DNA of 64,000 bases from an uncultured virus (IMG/VR IMGVR_UViG_3300044699_000033). Its lineage: Duplodnaviria; Heunggongvirae; Uroviricota; Caudoviricetes. Positions 1-12,600 of the stretch are shown here, in pieces (positions within the stretch are counted from its first letter, which is position 1; each line of letters opens with the position of its first letter). The notes beneath the pieces were generated by a model. It ran no database searches. It saw nothing but the letters and a program-made list of their open reading frames with translations, and was not told where the DNA came from. The position numbers and the translations under genes were made by a program. The stretch lies in the IMG/VR virus record IMGVR_UViG_3300044699_000033, one strand, 5' to 3'.

Positions 1-3000
1 CCATTAGTGGTTTGGTTAGCTTTGTTACCATCCATATATAAGTTCCTAATAGTAATATTTACATAAGCTGTAGCGCCATTACCTACTGTTATCATATTGG
101 TATTAGTAGCATTAACCAAGAATATCTTAGTACCCTGTCCTTGCCCTTCTAGCGTAACATTATCATTATCAATGACTATTGCAGCTGCTATATTAAATGT
201 ACCTTCACTTAATAAAATTCTTCCTCCTGTGGAAGGTAAAGCTGCTATTGCTGCTAATATCTGTACATCATCTGCTGTACCATCACAAACATAGTCATAT
301 TTAGCTGCTGTTGTATCATTGGCATCAAATGCACCTATGGTAAATGTAGCATAGATTTTTCCTCCTCCACCTGATGCACTATACCCTGAATAACCACTAA
401 CTGATGAGTATCCTGAATAACCTGTATAGCCAGAGTAACCAGTATAACCACTGTAACCACTCTTACCACTGTAACCTGAATAACCACTATTTCCACTTGC
501 TACAAACCATGTGTCTGTAGCTTGTTTTATTAATACTACAGAAGAATATTGTCCTGCTGTAGTTAATGATTGTCCTTCTAATGTAACACCTGCACCTGGA
601 ACCATTGTAACAAGACCTGCTCCACCTTGCTCTATTACTATTTGTGCTCCTATAGCAAATGCTACAGATGAATTGGGAGGTACTGTAAGATTATGAGCAG
701 CAGCAGAAACCATCTTTACTCCTGTCTCTTCATCTGTAAGAAACTAAAGTATAATCAGTATTTGTTTGTGTACTAAATGGCATTAAGGATGGTGCGCTGT
801 AGCCTGAATAACCACTCTTACCTGAATAACCAGAAAATCCTGATGTTCCTGCTCCTGAGTAGCCTGAATATCCAGTAATTCCTGAATACCCACTATAACC
901 AGTATAACCAGAATATCCGCTTGGACCAGAATATCCTGAAAATCCGGATGTGCTTGAATAACCACTGAATCCACTAGTACTGCTGTAACCAGAGTAACCA
1001 GTATAACCTGAGTATCCACTTTTTCCTGAGTAACCACTAAAACCTGTATACCCAGAATAACCAGTATATCCAGAGTATCCTGAAATACCGCTATAACCTG
1101 AATAGCCTGAGATTCCACTATACCCACTGAAACCTGAGGTAGATGAATAACCTGAAAAACCAGATGGCCCACTATAACCACTAAAGCCTGATGTGCTAGA
1201 ATAACCTGAGTATCCAGTATATCCGCTATACCCTGAGATTCCACTGTAACCACTGTATCCTGAAATTCCACTATATCCACTAAAACCAGATGTACCTGGG
1301 CTTGAATAACCTGAGAAACCAGATGTACCTGTGTAACCTGAGTATCCAGTATAGCCAGAATACCCTGTATAACCAGAATATCCCGTATATCCTGAGTAGC
1401 CACTTGGACCAGAATAACCAGAGAATCCTGAAGGTCCAGAGTAACCACTAAAGCCAGATGTTGAAGAATATCCTGAGTAACCTGTGTAACCAGAATAGCC
1501 TGTATATCCACTATACCCACTCTTGCCACTATAACCACTGAATCCAGTATATCCGCTATACCCTGATATTCCTGAATATCCTGAGAAACCACTAGGGCCT
1601 GAATATCCTGAGAAACCAGATGTTGAAGAATACCCACTAAAACCTGAAGGGCCAGAATAACCTGAATAGCCACTTATACCTGTGTAACCTGAATATCCGC
1701 TCTATACCTGAGTAGCCTGAGTAACCTGAAATTCCTGTATAACCACTATAACCAGAAGGTCCACTATAACCTGAGAATCCAGAATTACTACTGTAACCAG
1801 AGAAACCACTTGTTGAGGAATAACCACTGTAACCAGTATAACCTGAATATCCTGAGATACCAGAATATCCTGAATAACCACTAATACCACTGTAACCACT
1901 GAAGCCAGAAGTTCCTGACTTGAATATCCAGAGAATCCTGATATGCCTGTATAGCCACTGAAACCAGATGTACCCACTCCAGAGTAACCACTGTAACCTG
2001 AGGTTCCTGTGTACCCAGAATAACCTGAAGGCCCACTGTATCCACTAAAACCTGAGGTAGAGCTATATCCAGAGAAACCACTTGTACTACTGTAACCACT
2101 ATATCCTGTGTAACCTGAATAGCCACTCTTTCCTGAATATCCGGAATAGCCTGAAATTCCAGAATAGCCTGAATAACCTGATATACCTGAATAGCCAGAG
2201 TATCCTGAATTTGAAGAATAACCACTAAAACCACTAGTGCTGCTATATCCTGAATAGCCTGTGTATCCGCTGTAACCACTTTTTCCACTATATCCTGAAT
2301 AGCCTGTATACCCTGAGAAACCACTATCTCCTGTTGTTCCAGCACCATTATAACCAGAGTAACCTGTATACCCTGAAAATCCTGTGTAACCTGAATACCC
2401 AGTATACCCTGAAAATCCTGAGTATGCACTATATCCAGAAGGGCCTGAATAGCCTGAAAATCCTGATAATCCAGCACCACTATAGCCACTGAATCCACTA
2501 CTACCTGTTCCACCTACAGTACCACTATAGCCACTGTAGCCAGTGTAGCCTGAATAGCCAGTGTAACCTGAAAAGCCTGATGTACCTGTAGCTGAATATC
2601 CTGAAAATCCACTTTTTCCTGAATAGCCACTAAATCCTGAAGTTCCATTAACTCCTATAATACCATCCTGTCCTGAATAACCACTAAATCCTGACACTCC
2701 TACAGCAGAGTAACCTGAATATCCAGACTTACCACTGTATCCTGAGAATCCTGAAGTACCTGTTCCTGTAAAACCTACTCCAAGTATTATCTTTTCATTA
2801 TTAGAAAGAGAAGTTACAACACCACTATCAATAAATGTAACTCCATATTCATAATATCCACCCTTGTCTGTAACAGAAGTTACCTGATATACAAATAGAA
2901 TAGAAGCATCATTCTTGTCCTGTACATATAAATAGTTTCCTACTGTTATGATTCCAAGAAGTTAGCTAAATCTACAGCATTGTCATTTATATAATCAACC

Positions 3001-3523
3001 CATATAAAGGTAGGTAATGTTAAATCTGCATTATTAGCTTTAAGATATCCTGCTCCTGGGTCTGAATCTACAACAGATGTAGAAAATTTATAAGGGAAAG
3101 ATGATACCATTATACCATCTGTACCACTATAGCCTGAGAAGCCACTGTCTCCTTCAAGACCTGCTCCATTATAACCACTATATCCAGAGACACCTAAAGC
3201 CCATAACCAGAGTAGCCTGAAAGTCCTAATCCTGAGTAACCAGAATAACCACTTATACCAGTTCTACCTGAGTAACCAGAATAACCTGAAACTCCAAGAG
3301 CACCATAGCCACTATAACCACTTCTACCTGATGTACCTTCCCCACTAGCACCAGAGTAGCCAGAATAGCCTGAAACAGCTTTTAACCTACATATTTTTCT
3401 CAATATGTCTGTAAGCTTTTCGCCTTTATATGTAGGAAAGCAAAATCCTGTATTACAGTCATTTACTACCTCTGACATTGGAATATTCTTATTCCTGACA
3501 ACTATGTACTTATCTGGATCCAT
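1..3523 (-). CDS. Very long (S/T)-G-(Y/F) repeat fibre/spike protein with small beta domains and the start of a pectate-lyase-like beta-helix; frameshifted, runs off the left edge
   Basis: ATG at 3523 (MDPDKYIVV...). Hundreds of SGYSGFSG triplets span several frames. The frame reads through ...SGYSAPSLMPFSTQTNTDYTLV... near 783 and ends in YDYVCDGTADDVQILAAIAALPSTGGRILLSEGTFNI, typical of beta-helix tailspike N-caps. Confidence 0.65.
790..2760 (-). repeat. Degenerate 9-nt tandem repeat encoding Ser/Thr-Gly-Tyr/Phe triplets
   Basis: Units such as TCAGGTTAT/AGTGGATAT/TCTGGTTAC, with synonymous variation, repeat continuously on the minus strand. Confidence 0.95.
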
Positions 3524-3587
3524 ATTACTATAATATCTATAATTAATTAGAGTACAAAATGCCTATGTTGTTTGTATACAATATAGA

Positions 3588-3805
3588 CTAATCTTCAAAT
3601 GGTTCATCTTCAATAGCTTCAGGGGTTTCCTGCACTTCTAATTTGCCATGAGCTATCTTATTTGAGAAGGGATTTTCAATATCTATTCCTAACTCATCTG
3701 CAATGCAGGATTGGTAGAAATCATCTACATCCTCTTCCTTTAGCAGAAAGAGCCACTCATAGCAGGAGATAGATATTGTTTTCCGGTGGGTAATTGGAGT
3801 TGCAT
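3588..3805 (-). CDS. Small acidic hypothetical protein (one frameshift)
   Basis: Manual translation MQLQLPTGK/TISISCYEWLFLLKEEDVDDFYQSCIADELG...EPFED*; needs one extra A in a homopolymer near 3780. Confidence 0.55.
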
Positions 3806-3812
3806 ATTTATA

Positions 3813-6800
3813 TTATCTTAAGGTTTGAATATTTTTTTGTTGTAAAGCTTTTTCTACTGGATCAAATGCTATTCCTGACCACCCTACCAATTTAAGGAAG
3901 TTTGCTATAAATTTAGGGTCTCCTTTATCATGAAAACCATCTTTTATAGAACTTGATTTATAATAGGCACTTGGCTGGTCTATACCTATTTTATCTCCCA
4001 AGAACAGGGTGAAATTCTGGAGGTTTTAATACTATTACTTATCTGTCTGACTGCTGCAAAAGGACTATTCATCTTTCTTGCCATATCATTAAGTCCCATT
4101 CCTGGAATAGGAACAAATGTTTCTGTCTCTGCCTTCACAGCCAGAGCTACAGAAAGTGCCCAGTTTTGAATTGCTTGATTTTGAAGTAATTCTTTTTTAT
4201 CATAATTACCTCCAAGAGCCATAACTAATACAGCCATTCCTATAATTACTGCAATTTCCTTAGTTCCTCTTAGTACTCTATTCTTTTCATCTGTAGACAT
4301 TACACTCCACCTCTTTGCTATATCTGTTCTATATTTAACTAAATCTCCAACAAAATAGGCAAGTTCTCTTATGTATCCTCTTGTAACCATATCAGCCTCA
4401 GCAGAATATCTAGTCTTACCAAATCTGTTTACTATACTTGGGACCATATACCCATTTAAATAGAATGCCAAATCTCCAAGAATATTCTTTTGTATCATAT
4501 TCTTTTCCTCAGCTCTGTAAGCACCATTTATCACTCTATTAACATATGCTAATTTGAATATAAAGCTTTCAATTTGTTTTTGAGATATTTGTGCTCCTGT
4601 TTTAGGAACTAAGTCTCCCTTCTCATTCAGTTCAAAAGCTTTTCTCATTTCAACCCATGTTCCATCTGCAAGCTGTACAGGATTAGCTTTTGACATTGCA
4701 AGATATTGTGCTACTTGAAGTTCAAACTCTGAGGAGTTCTTGATAGATGTTAAGAAGCTTTCACTATTCTTAAGCACTGTCCATGCTGTCTTTTGACCAA
4801 ATTCATTATAAGAAGCCCCTTGCATCACCTGAAAGAAGTCCATTTCTTGTCCTATTTGTGTCTTATTTCCAAACTTTCTATAATCAAGAAGGAAATCCTT
4901 TACATGCCCAATAGCTTCTATGTGTGCTTTGTTATACTGAGATTTTGTGAAAAATCCCTTTGAAATATTACTATTAATATTTCCTTGTATAGTAGCAGAT
5001 ATAGTATTCTTTACAGCCACAAAAGCATTCAAAGCAAAAATAGAAAGAGAAGATATCTTCTTAAGTCCTCTTGAAGCTTTGTTTAAGTCAAAGTCCATTC
5101 CTGCAATTACTACATTTGCATCTTTCTTAGTCTCTCCATATAAATATGTATCAAGTATATGATTAACAGTCTTAGAAAGATTTGACTCTTCTGTGTTTTT
5201 TTGTCTTGTTGTAATACCAGTCTTAGAAACTCCTGATCTAATTGCTGCTACCAGATTTGCTAATGAGAAATTAGAAGCAAGTCTTTTTGACTCCTCTACA
5301 GGTAGATTCTCTACAGCAATTCTAATAGCTTCAAATAAAGGTTGGTCTTTTAACTGCTCATTGTACTCTATAGCAGCTAATTCATATGAAAGAAGCATAG
5401 CAGGAATATCTGCTGATTGCTTTTTGTAGTCCATCCTTCCTGAGAATCTGATAGGTAGCACTCTATTTTTAGCAAAGAAGTTAGTTGTAGATGAACCTGT
5501 AAGTACTTGCTCATCAACATCTCCACTAGCTAAAACAGCCGCTGCAAACTCTCCTTGAAGAACTTTCATTGATCTATTTGCAATATTATTAGTAAATTCT
5601 ACTTTTAATTCATCTCCTGTCTTAACAAAAGATGGCAACACTCTTCCTAATCTTCTTTCCTGAGGAATGAATTGTTGGGCTCTTTCAAAAGCTTTTCCTG
5701 CAAAGTCAAGGTATTCAAAATATGCTTTATCCTTAGCATCTGTAGAATTCTTCATTCTGACATATTCCGGATTTACATACTTCCCATCTTTAGGAATAGG
5801 AATACTGTCATTTATAAGTTTGAAATTTGTATTTTTATGTTCATCATTTATAGTATATGTCTTGAACTTAATAGAAGGTTGTTCTGTTTCGATATATGTT
5901 TCATCAATAGGTTGTGTATGCACCCATATATAAATAGGAGAATCCTTTTTCTTATAGCCGTTCTTTGTCCAAGTATATTTACCATAGTGGTTATTCTTCC
6001 ACCACTCTGATTGTCTTAAAGCATCATCAGCATTCTCATTTGCCAATCCTATGAGCCAAGGCTTCTGTTACAGTTTTAAATCCATCAGCAGAAATTTCCT
6101 TAACTGATTTTATACCATTCTTTACTCCTAATACTTCTACCCACTGTTTTCCCATTTTCTCATACTTACCATTCTGTAAGACAGTATTAGTATTTATATC
6201 TTTTTTAACTTGCACAAGTTGTTGTGCAATCACTATACCTTTTGATGATCAAGTTCATCCTGATAATATTGAGAAGGAGAAGCATCATTTAATTCTGAAA
6301 ACTCTCTGAGTAGAGTAGTATATTCATCTATAATCTCTTGATATTTTAAATATTGAGCATTGGTAGATTTTTCTTTATTCTCTAAATCAGTAAGTTCCTC
6401 AAGCTCTTCTTCAGAAATAGTTCCAAGTCTTTTCTTTCCTCTTAAATCTCTTGCCCTTATAGCTTCTTCAATAGAAGTATTTTTCAATCTTTCAGCTATT
6501 CCTTTAAGATTTTCAACACTTTCTTGTATTTTTTGTATTTCTTTAACTAATTCTGGTCTAAGTTTTTGAGAACAATTGACCATCAATAGTTCCTTCATTG
6601 TCCCTAAAACCTGTTTACTAGGTCTCTTATTTTGGCATATCCATCTTTAATTATTTGAGAATTGACACCTTTAAAAACATTCTTGAATTTCTGGAAGCTC
6701 TGCAAGTTGTTGAGAAATAGCATCTATTCTTGCAAGATAATCTTTTACAGTTTCATAATATTCTTCTGATAGCTGCGTAACTGTTATTTCTCCAAGTCTT

Positions 6801-9645
6801 CTTTTATACTCTTCTTCATTTATAAATCCTCCTTCTAGTCTTTGTTGAAGTGTGAGTTTTGCTTTTTCAAACATTGCTTTCCCTCTTTCTGTAATTTCAT
6901 ACTTACCATACTTAGTTTTCAGTTCAGCATACTGATTAGCAATATCTGAAAGTTCCTTTTCAAATCCTGTCTTTTCTGTTCCATCCTCATTGTACTTACT
7001 CTTAAGTTGTCTTTGCTTAATATGAAGTTCTTCTATATCTTCTTGTAATTTGTCAAGAACTTCCTGAACTATTTCCTCTTCTCTTCTTTGTTCTGCATCT
7101 TCAATATCTTCAAATATATATCCTCTTTCTCTTCCAAATGTAGTCTTTGTTCCATCCTCTTTTGTTATTTCCTTTTCAAGTAAATCATACATGTCAAGAA
7201 TCTCATTATTGTATTGATTCTGAGAGTTTTCTCTAAAGAAATCTCTTCTTTCCTTGTATGCCTGATTAAGCTTTTCTCTGTAAAGAGTAAGCTTTTCTAA
7301 GTCATTATTTCTATCTGCATCTGATAATTTCTTGTAATAGTAATCAATTTGTGCTTTCTTTTCTGTAGCATCCTTTATATATTCAGGAGAGTATTCAGAA
7401 AGAAGCATTCTTTGTGTAGTATATTCATACTTTGGTTTTCCATTTTCTAGTACAATCTCACCATTTGCATCCTCTACAATAGTATTTGCTCTGCTAACCA
7501 GCACTTCTATTGGTTTATAGAAGCTTTCTGTAGACCTCACACCTTGTAATTCTGATATACCTAAAGCCTTGAGTAGTTTATCAAATTGTCTTTGGTGCTC
7601 ATTCTGAATTGACAGCATTGCCTGAGAGACAGCTATGTTATTCTGTCTTATCATCTTCATCATGGTATTATTAATAGGGTGGTCATTCATCATGCCAGAT
7701 TCAAAATGAAGCTGACCCCATGAAGAATCTCTATAGTTACCTTGCAGGATAAGTTCAAAGTTAGCTTTGTTGGGAACAAGCTTAAGTTTTTCCATTTCCA
7801 TTGTTATCTGCTTATCTAAAAGTCCCTGCATCACAGGATCTTGTGAAGCATTTAATCTTTCCTTTAGTGATTTTATTGTAGCATTTATACTCTTCTCTGC
7901 TTCTGTTTCTCCTACAAGACCTGACAATGTATCAATAATAGCTTTCTGCGATACTTGTAAATATGTCTCTCTCACACCTGCTATTGTATCACCAATTCCT
8001 CTTAGTTGGTTTAAGAAAAGGTCTAATAGCAGCAGTATCTCCTTCTCTAAGAATTATATTTCTTACATCTCTTGCTAGAGGAGCCATGAATTCTAAAGAC
8101 TCAATATTTCTAAGAAGTGAATAAGCAAGTGTAAGTTGTTTAGCAGGATCATCTAATTTTGGAACTTCTAATAGTTGTTGCTCCATTTCCCTTGCTATAA
8201 CTCCTGCTTGCACAAGCATATTAATACCTACGCTGATAACTTTATCATTTTCTTTTACATCATTAAAAGCATCTAAAAGTCTTTGTAATTTCTTTATTTG
8301 CTCCTTATCTGTTTCATAATCTAATTGCTTTTTGATTTTAATTACAGCAGTAGGTAGCTGTCTTAACACCTTGTTTATTTCATCTGTTACATTAGGACTT
8401 GTAAAGAGATCAAATGCAGCCTGGGAGTAGGATCTTGGTTGATTAAGATACAATACAGCATTGTTCCAATTTGCAGAGGATGGTTTACAATATCTCTATT
8501 GTTTGCTTGTATTTCTTCTGAATTAATAACCTCTATTGTTTCATCATATAAAGAAGGTTTGTCTTTTAAACCAATTAGTTCGAGAATATAATCTATAATA
8601 CTATGGAACAAAGACTTTTTTTGAGTAGAAGGAATTGTTCTTAACCAATCCTGAAATAAGGATTTCCATAAGTTTCTGCAATAAATTCCTGAACATTCTT
8701 AAAAGCATAAGGTAAATCATTCTTTGTATATCCTTGTCTAAAAGTATCTTCAAAAGAAGAAGTTTCATTATGATGTTTCAAAGCAGCAAAAAAGAAAGTA
8801 TACAATTCACTATTACTAGTAATGTTTGGAACACTGTAATAAGTTGCGGCATGTCCCAACTCATGTAATATAGTTATAGATATAGCTTGTTTAAAAGGTA
8901 TATTTGTTTTCTGTGACGTATTATATATTTCAGGAAGAGAAATAACTACCTCATTTTTTCTAACACTAAAATGTGATATATCTTCATCAGTAAATTTTAT
9001 TGTATATCTAGGGTTAGCTTTTCTAGCATTACTTAATACTTGAGAGTATTCCTGCATATATTCATGCATAAAATCCTGAGGAGTAGATGTTTCTGTTAAT
9101 CCTGCTTCATGTAGAATTGTATTATAATCTAAACCATCTATTATTACTGGTGAATCATCAAACTGATAATCTCTTTTCTCAAAAGATCCTTCATATTGGT
9201 CAACTAAAGATTCTGAAGGACTAACAGAATAAACAAGAGGGTTTTCATCTGTACTTTTCACTACTTCTTCTCCATACTGAGAATTTAGAGAATTAATAAT
9301 ATCTTGGTAGGGAGAATTTACATCTTTTGGAGAAAACAGGTTATATTGCTGAGAAATGCCAAAAAGATTTTGCCCTGCCACATTTAAAGCCCCTTGTCTT
9401 TCAGATTCAGAAGATGCTGATTGCTTGGCTATTTCTCTAAGAAAATCTTCAGGATTTGCTAAAAATCCCTGTCTGAAAATATCAGATGGTATTTCCTGAG
9501 CATATTTCTTAATATCCTCTAAATCAATAGGGGAGCCAGGAGGATTTACTCTATTGAATAATTGACTAGTATCCAATGATTTAGCAACCTCATCTTTGAT
9601 GCCTTGTCTAATACTATCTCTATCTATATAACATTTTCCTGCCAT
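3813..9645 (-). CDS. Giant (~1900 aa) virion-ejected protein with N-terminal zincin-like motif; fragmented by frameshifts
   Basis: Abutting ORF pieces 8641-9645, 8387-8611, 7989-8453, 6671-7975, 6233-6598, 6036-6233, 3986-6046 and 3813-4001. HELGH (8851-8865) is followed by EFIAE. Position after the RNAP gene matches crAss-like gene order. Confidence 0.65.
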
Positions 9646-9649
9646 TTTA

Positions 9650-9657
9650 CAAATATA
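9650..9657 (-). promoter_or_regulatory. Bacteroidota sigma-70 -7 element TATATTTG
   Basis: Matches TAnnTTTG, intergenic, 4 nt before the ATG at 9645. Confidence 0.5.
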
Positions 9658-9697
9658 CGTTGATTATCAATAATTTAGAATTAATTTTTAATGTTAT

Positions 9698-12600
9698 TTA
9701 ACACTTCTTATTTACATCTACAGAAGGTAAGTTCTTGGGCTGAATTCTTGTTATGCCTGTTTTCTCAAGCATAGGAATATTTTGTTTATTTTTCATAGCT
9801 CTATTAAGAATAATGGTTGCATTAATCAACGCATCTTTTGCAGTCTTTCCCTCTGCTCCTATTCCAAATCCTGTTGTTTCTTCTGTTATAACCCACACAT
9901 TTTCATTCTCTACTTTTCTTACAAATCCTTTGAAATCAGGATATTCCTTTATATGAATTCTATATCCTTCTGCTTCTCTCTGCTCTGGGTTTGGTTCTAA
10001 TTTTGTAGGAACAACACTGTATTTGAATTTCTCTTTCTTATTCTCTCTATTAATTTCAGTTACATCTATAAACTTACCTTCTGGTGTAGATTCAGTAACT
10101 ATAGATGAAGGTGTTTCAGCAGGAGGAGTTGTTGTTGGAACTTCTTCTTTTGAAGCTTCATCTTCCTCATCTACAGCATCTACCTGATAATTAAGGGCTA
10201 TATCATACAGTTTGAACCTGTTGGAATAACTATTATTATTCTTTATCTTATCCTTAATACCATCCTTCTTTACATAAGCAAAGTATTTAGGATTATTATA
10301 CCTAAACTGACTTTCATATTTAGCTAAGAAGTTAGAGTAGTCAGCAGGAGACAAATTATCAAGGATTTGCAACGCTGGTGCAAATAAACTTCTGATATAT
10401 TCTTGTGGGATATATTCAGAAAATCCTATATATGTCTTTCCTACACCAGATTGCAGGATACCTACATTGAACAAGTCTGTCACAAAGCCATGTAAAGCAG
10501 TATTGAAAGTTGCTCTTTCTTCCTTTGTGAACTTTCTTTCCTTTATCTTATGCTTCATTAAGCTTCTGAATTGGTCAATTACACTTTCTTCTTCTATAGA
10601 AGTTTCAGAAGCAGGTTTGATAAGTTTTATATTTCTGATAATAGTATTCTCAGGAATTCCATTCAAATCCCCTGTTGTCTTTCACTCTAAAGTTAGAAAT
10701 TACAAGTTCATCTAGAACAGGGAATTGTTTAACTAATTTTGGGTAGAAAGGCTGCTTTTTTAAAGCATCAAGTCTTTCTGATACTGTCTTTTTTCCTTTT
10801 TCTTTTATTAATAAATGCTTATTTCTTTGCAAGAATGTTTTTCCATCCTCAATATTAAAATTGAACAGAGTGGCAGTGATCAAATCATTAGTCAGCACAT
10901 TAGGCATATTTCTTAAATCTCTAGGATTACTTGAGAAAAAGTTCATACGATATTCTCTATAGAGTTTATCTAATGCATTTTGTGCTTTCTCTTTTCCAAT
11001 TACAGGAAGAATGTCTACTGAACTACTTTCTTCAGTAATTCATTATTCATGAAGGCTGAAACAGGAGACTCACCTTCCATTTTTCTTATATCATCATTTG
11101 AGAAGAGTTCTTCCTTTCATAATAGTATCTCTCAACGGTGTCCTTATCCTTCAGGTTTGTAGGAGTAGATACTTTGGTCTTGTCATCATTAAAATAGTAT
11201 TGAAAGTTTCTGAATTTGCTGTTAGTGTTCATCCATTACAATAAATGGGCAAATACTCTCAAATTGAAATCATCTGTAACTATAGGATTATTCTCTGCAT
11301 TTATTCTCTCTCTTAATTGAGGAGTAATAGGACTATAACTTAATTGCTCTTTAAGGTGAGCATAGTCAGGATGCAAAGCTTCCTTTGTTATCAATTGATC
11401 TTAAAATAGCAAGAGTAGTCCCAATCAGAAGGAACTGTAGCCTTTATGAATTTTACCTTATATCTTCCATCTTTTTGCTTTTCTCCTTTCTCAAATTTGA
11501 TAGCCTTTGTTCTTTCCTATATTATAAGTTTTAGCAGGAACAAGCATCTCTGTGGGTCTATATGCTACTATATCTAGTAGTTTTCCTATCTCTGCTACAG
11601 CTTCATTTCTGTTCATTCCTCTCTTTCTATATTCTACATATTTCAACAGAACAGGCTGATTTACAAACTCTACTATTCTTGAGAATGGGTATCCCATTGC
11701 TTTCATGAAGTTAACCACACCAATATTAAACCAGTTGATATTCATTAAGGCAAACCTTGGGTCTTTTGAAGAGTCAATAGTGAAGTTGATTGCTTCAGAA
11801 TCCTTGTGTTGCTTGATTTCATTTACTATATCATCTCTCATAGATGTTTTAATAACATCTCCATTCATTATCTTGTCCATCTCAAACTGGTCTAATAATA
11901 TATGATTTATAGTTCTTGGAACATATTTCTTTCCCCACTTTCTTTGATAATGACTATTAACATTAACACCTAAATACTGCATCATTTCTGTCAAATAATT
12001 ATCTATAGCAAAGGAGCCATCATGTTCTTTGCAGCAAATAACAAATCCTTAACATACAGATTATCAAGGTAGTTGAATACCTTGTTCTTTGTAGGAAGAT
12101 TCAGAGATGTTCCCATTAAGTTTGCTATATCATCAGCAATAGGACTAACTGTTTTTGTTGAGTTTGGTGTAATCAATTCAGCAAACATCTCAGGAAGAGA
12201 TAACACATCTCTATATATTTCAATAATTTTATTGAAATTTTCTTCTATTTCTTTTCCTTTTAATAATTTAAGAGAAAGTATCTTATCTCTAAATTTGTAA
12301 CCATTTACGATTACACTTTCTACTTCCTTACCTTTAAAATTATTAAGTTGTTTATAGAATATATCTGTAGTGGTATTTATCTCATCCCTCAAGTATTCAA
12401 TTTCCTCAGACAAATGAGATTGAAATCTTGCATCAGGAACATAATCAAACTTCTCAATAGGAGTATCATAGTCACTGTAAGTATCAATTACTTTAAGTAT
12501 TTGCTCAAACTCTTGTTTTGCTATCTCAAGATTTGCAACTTGTGTGAATGTATCTTTTAGTGCTGCAATTTCCTTCTGACTTTGTGCAGCAGGTTTAAGC

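Noticed and set aside
783..2513. ORFs 783-1673 and 1881-2513 (also 44814-45188) rich in VIQDILV
   Set aside because: These are shifted-frame translations of the SGY repeat.
790..2760. CRISPR array or DGR-like repeats
   Set aside because: 9-nt coding periodicity with synonymous variation; no constant repeat/unique spacer pattern and no RT or cas gene seen.
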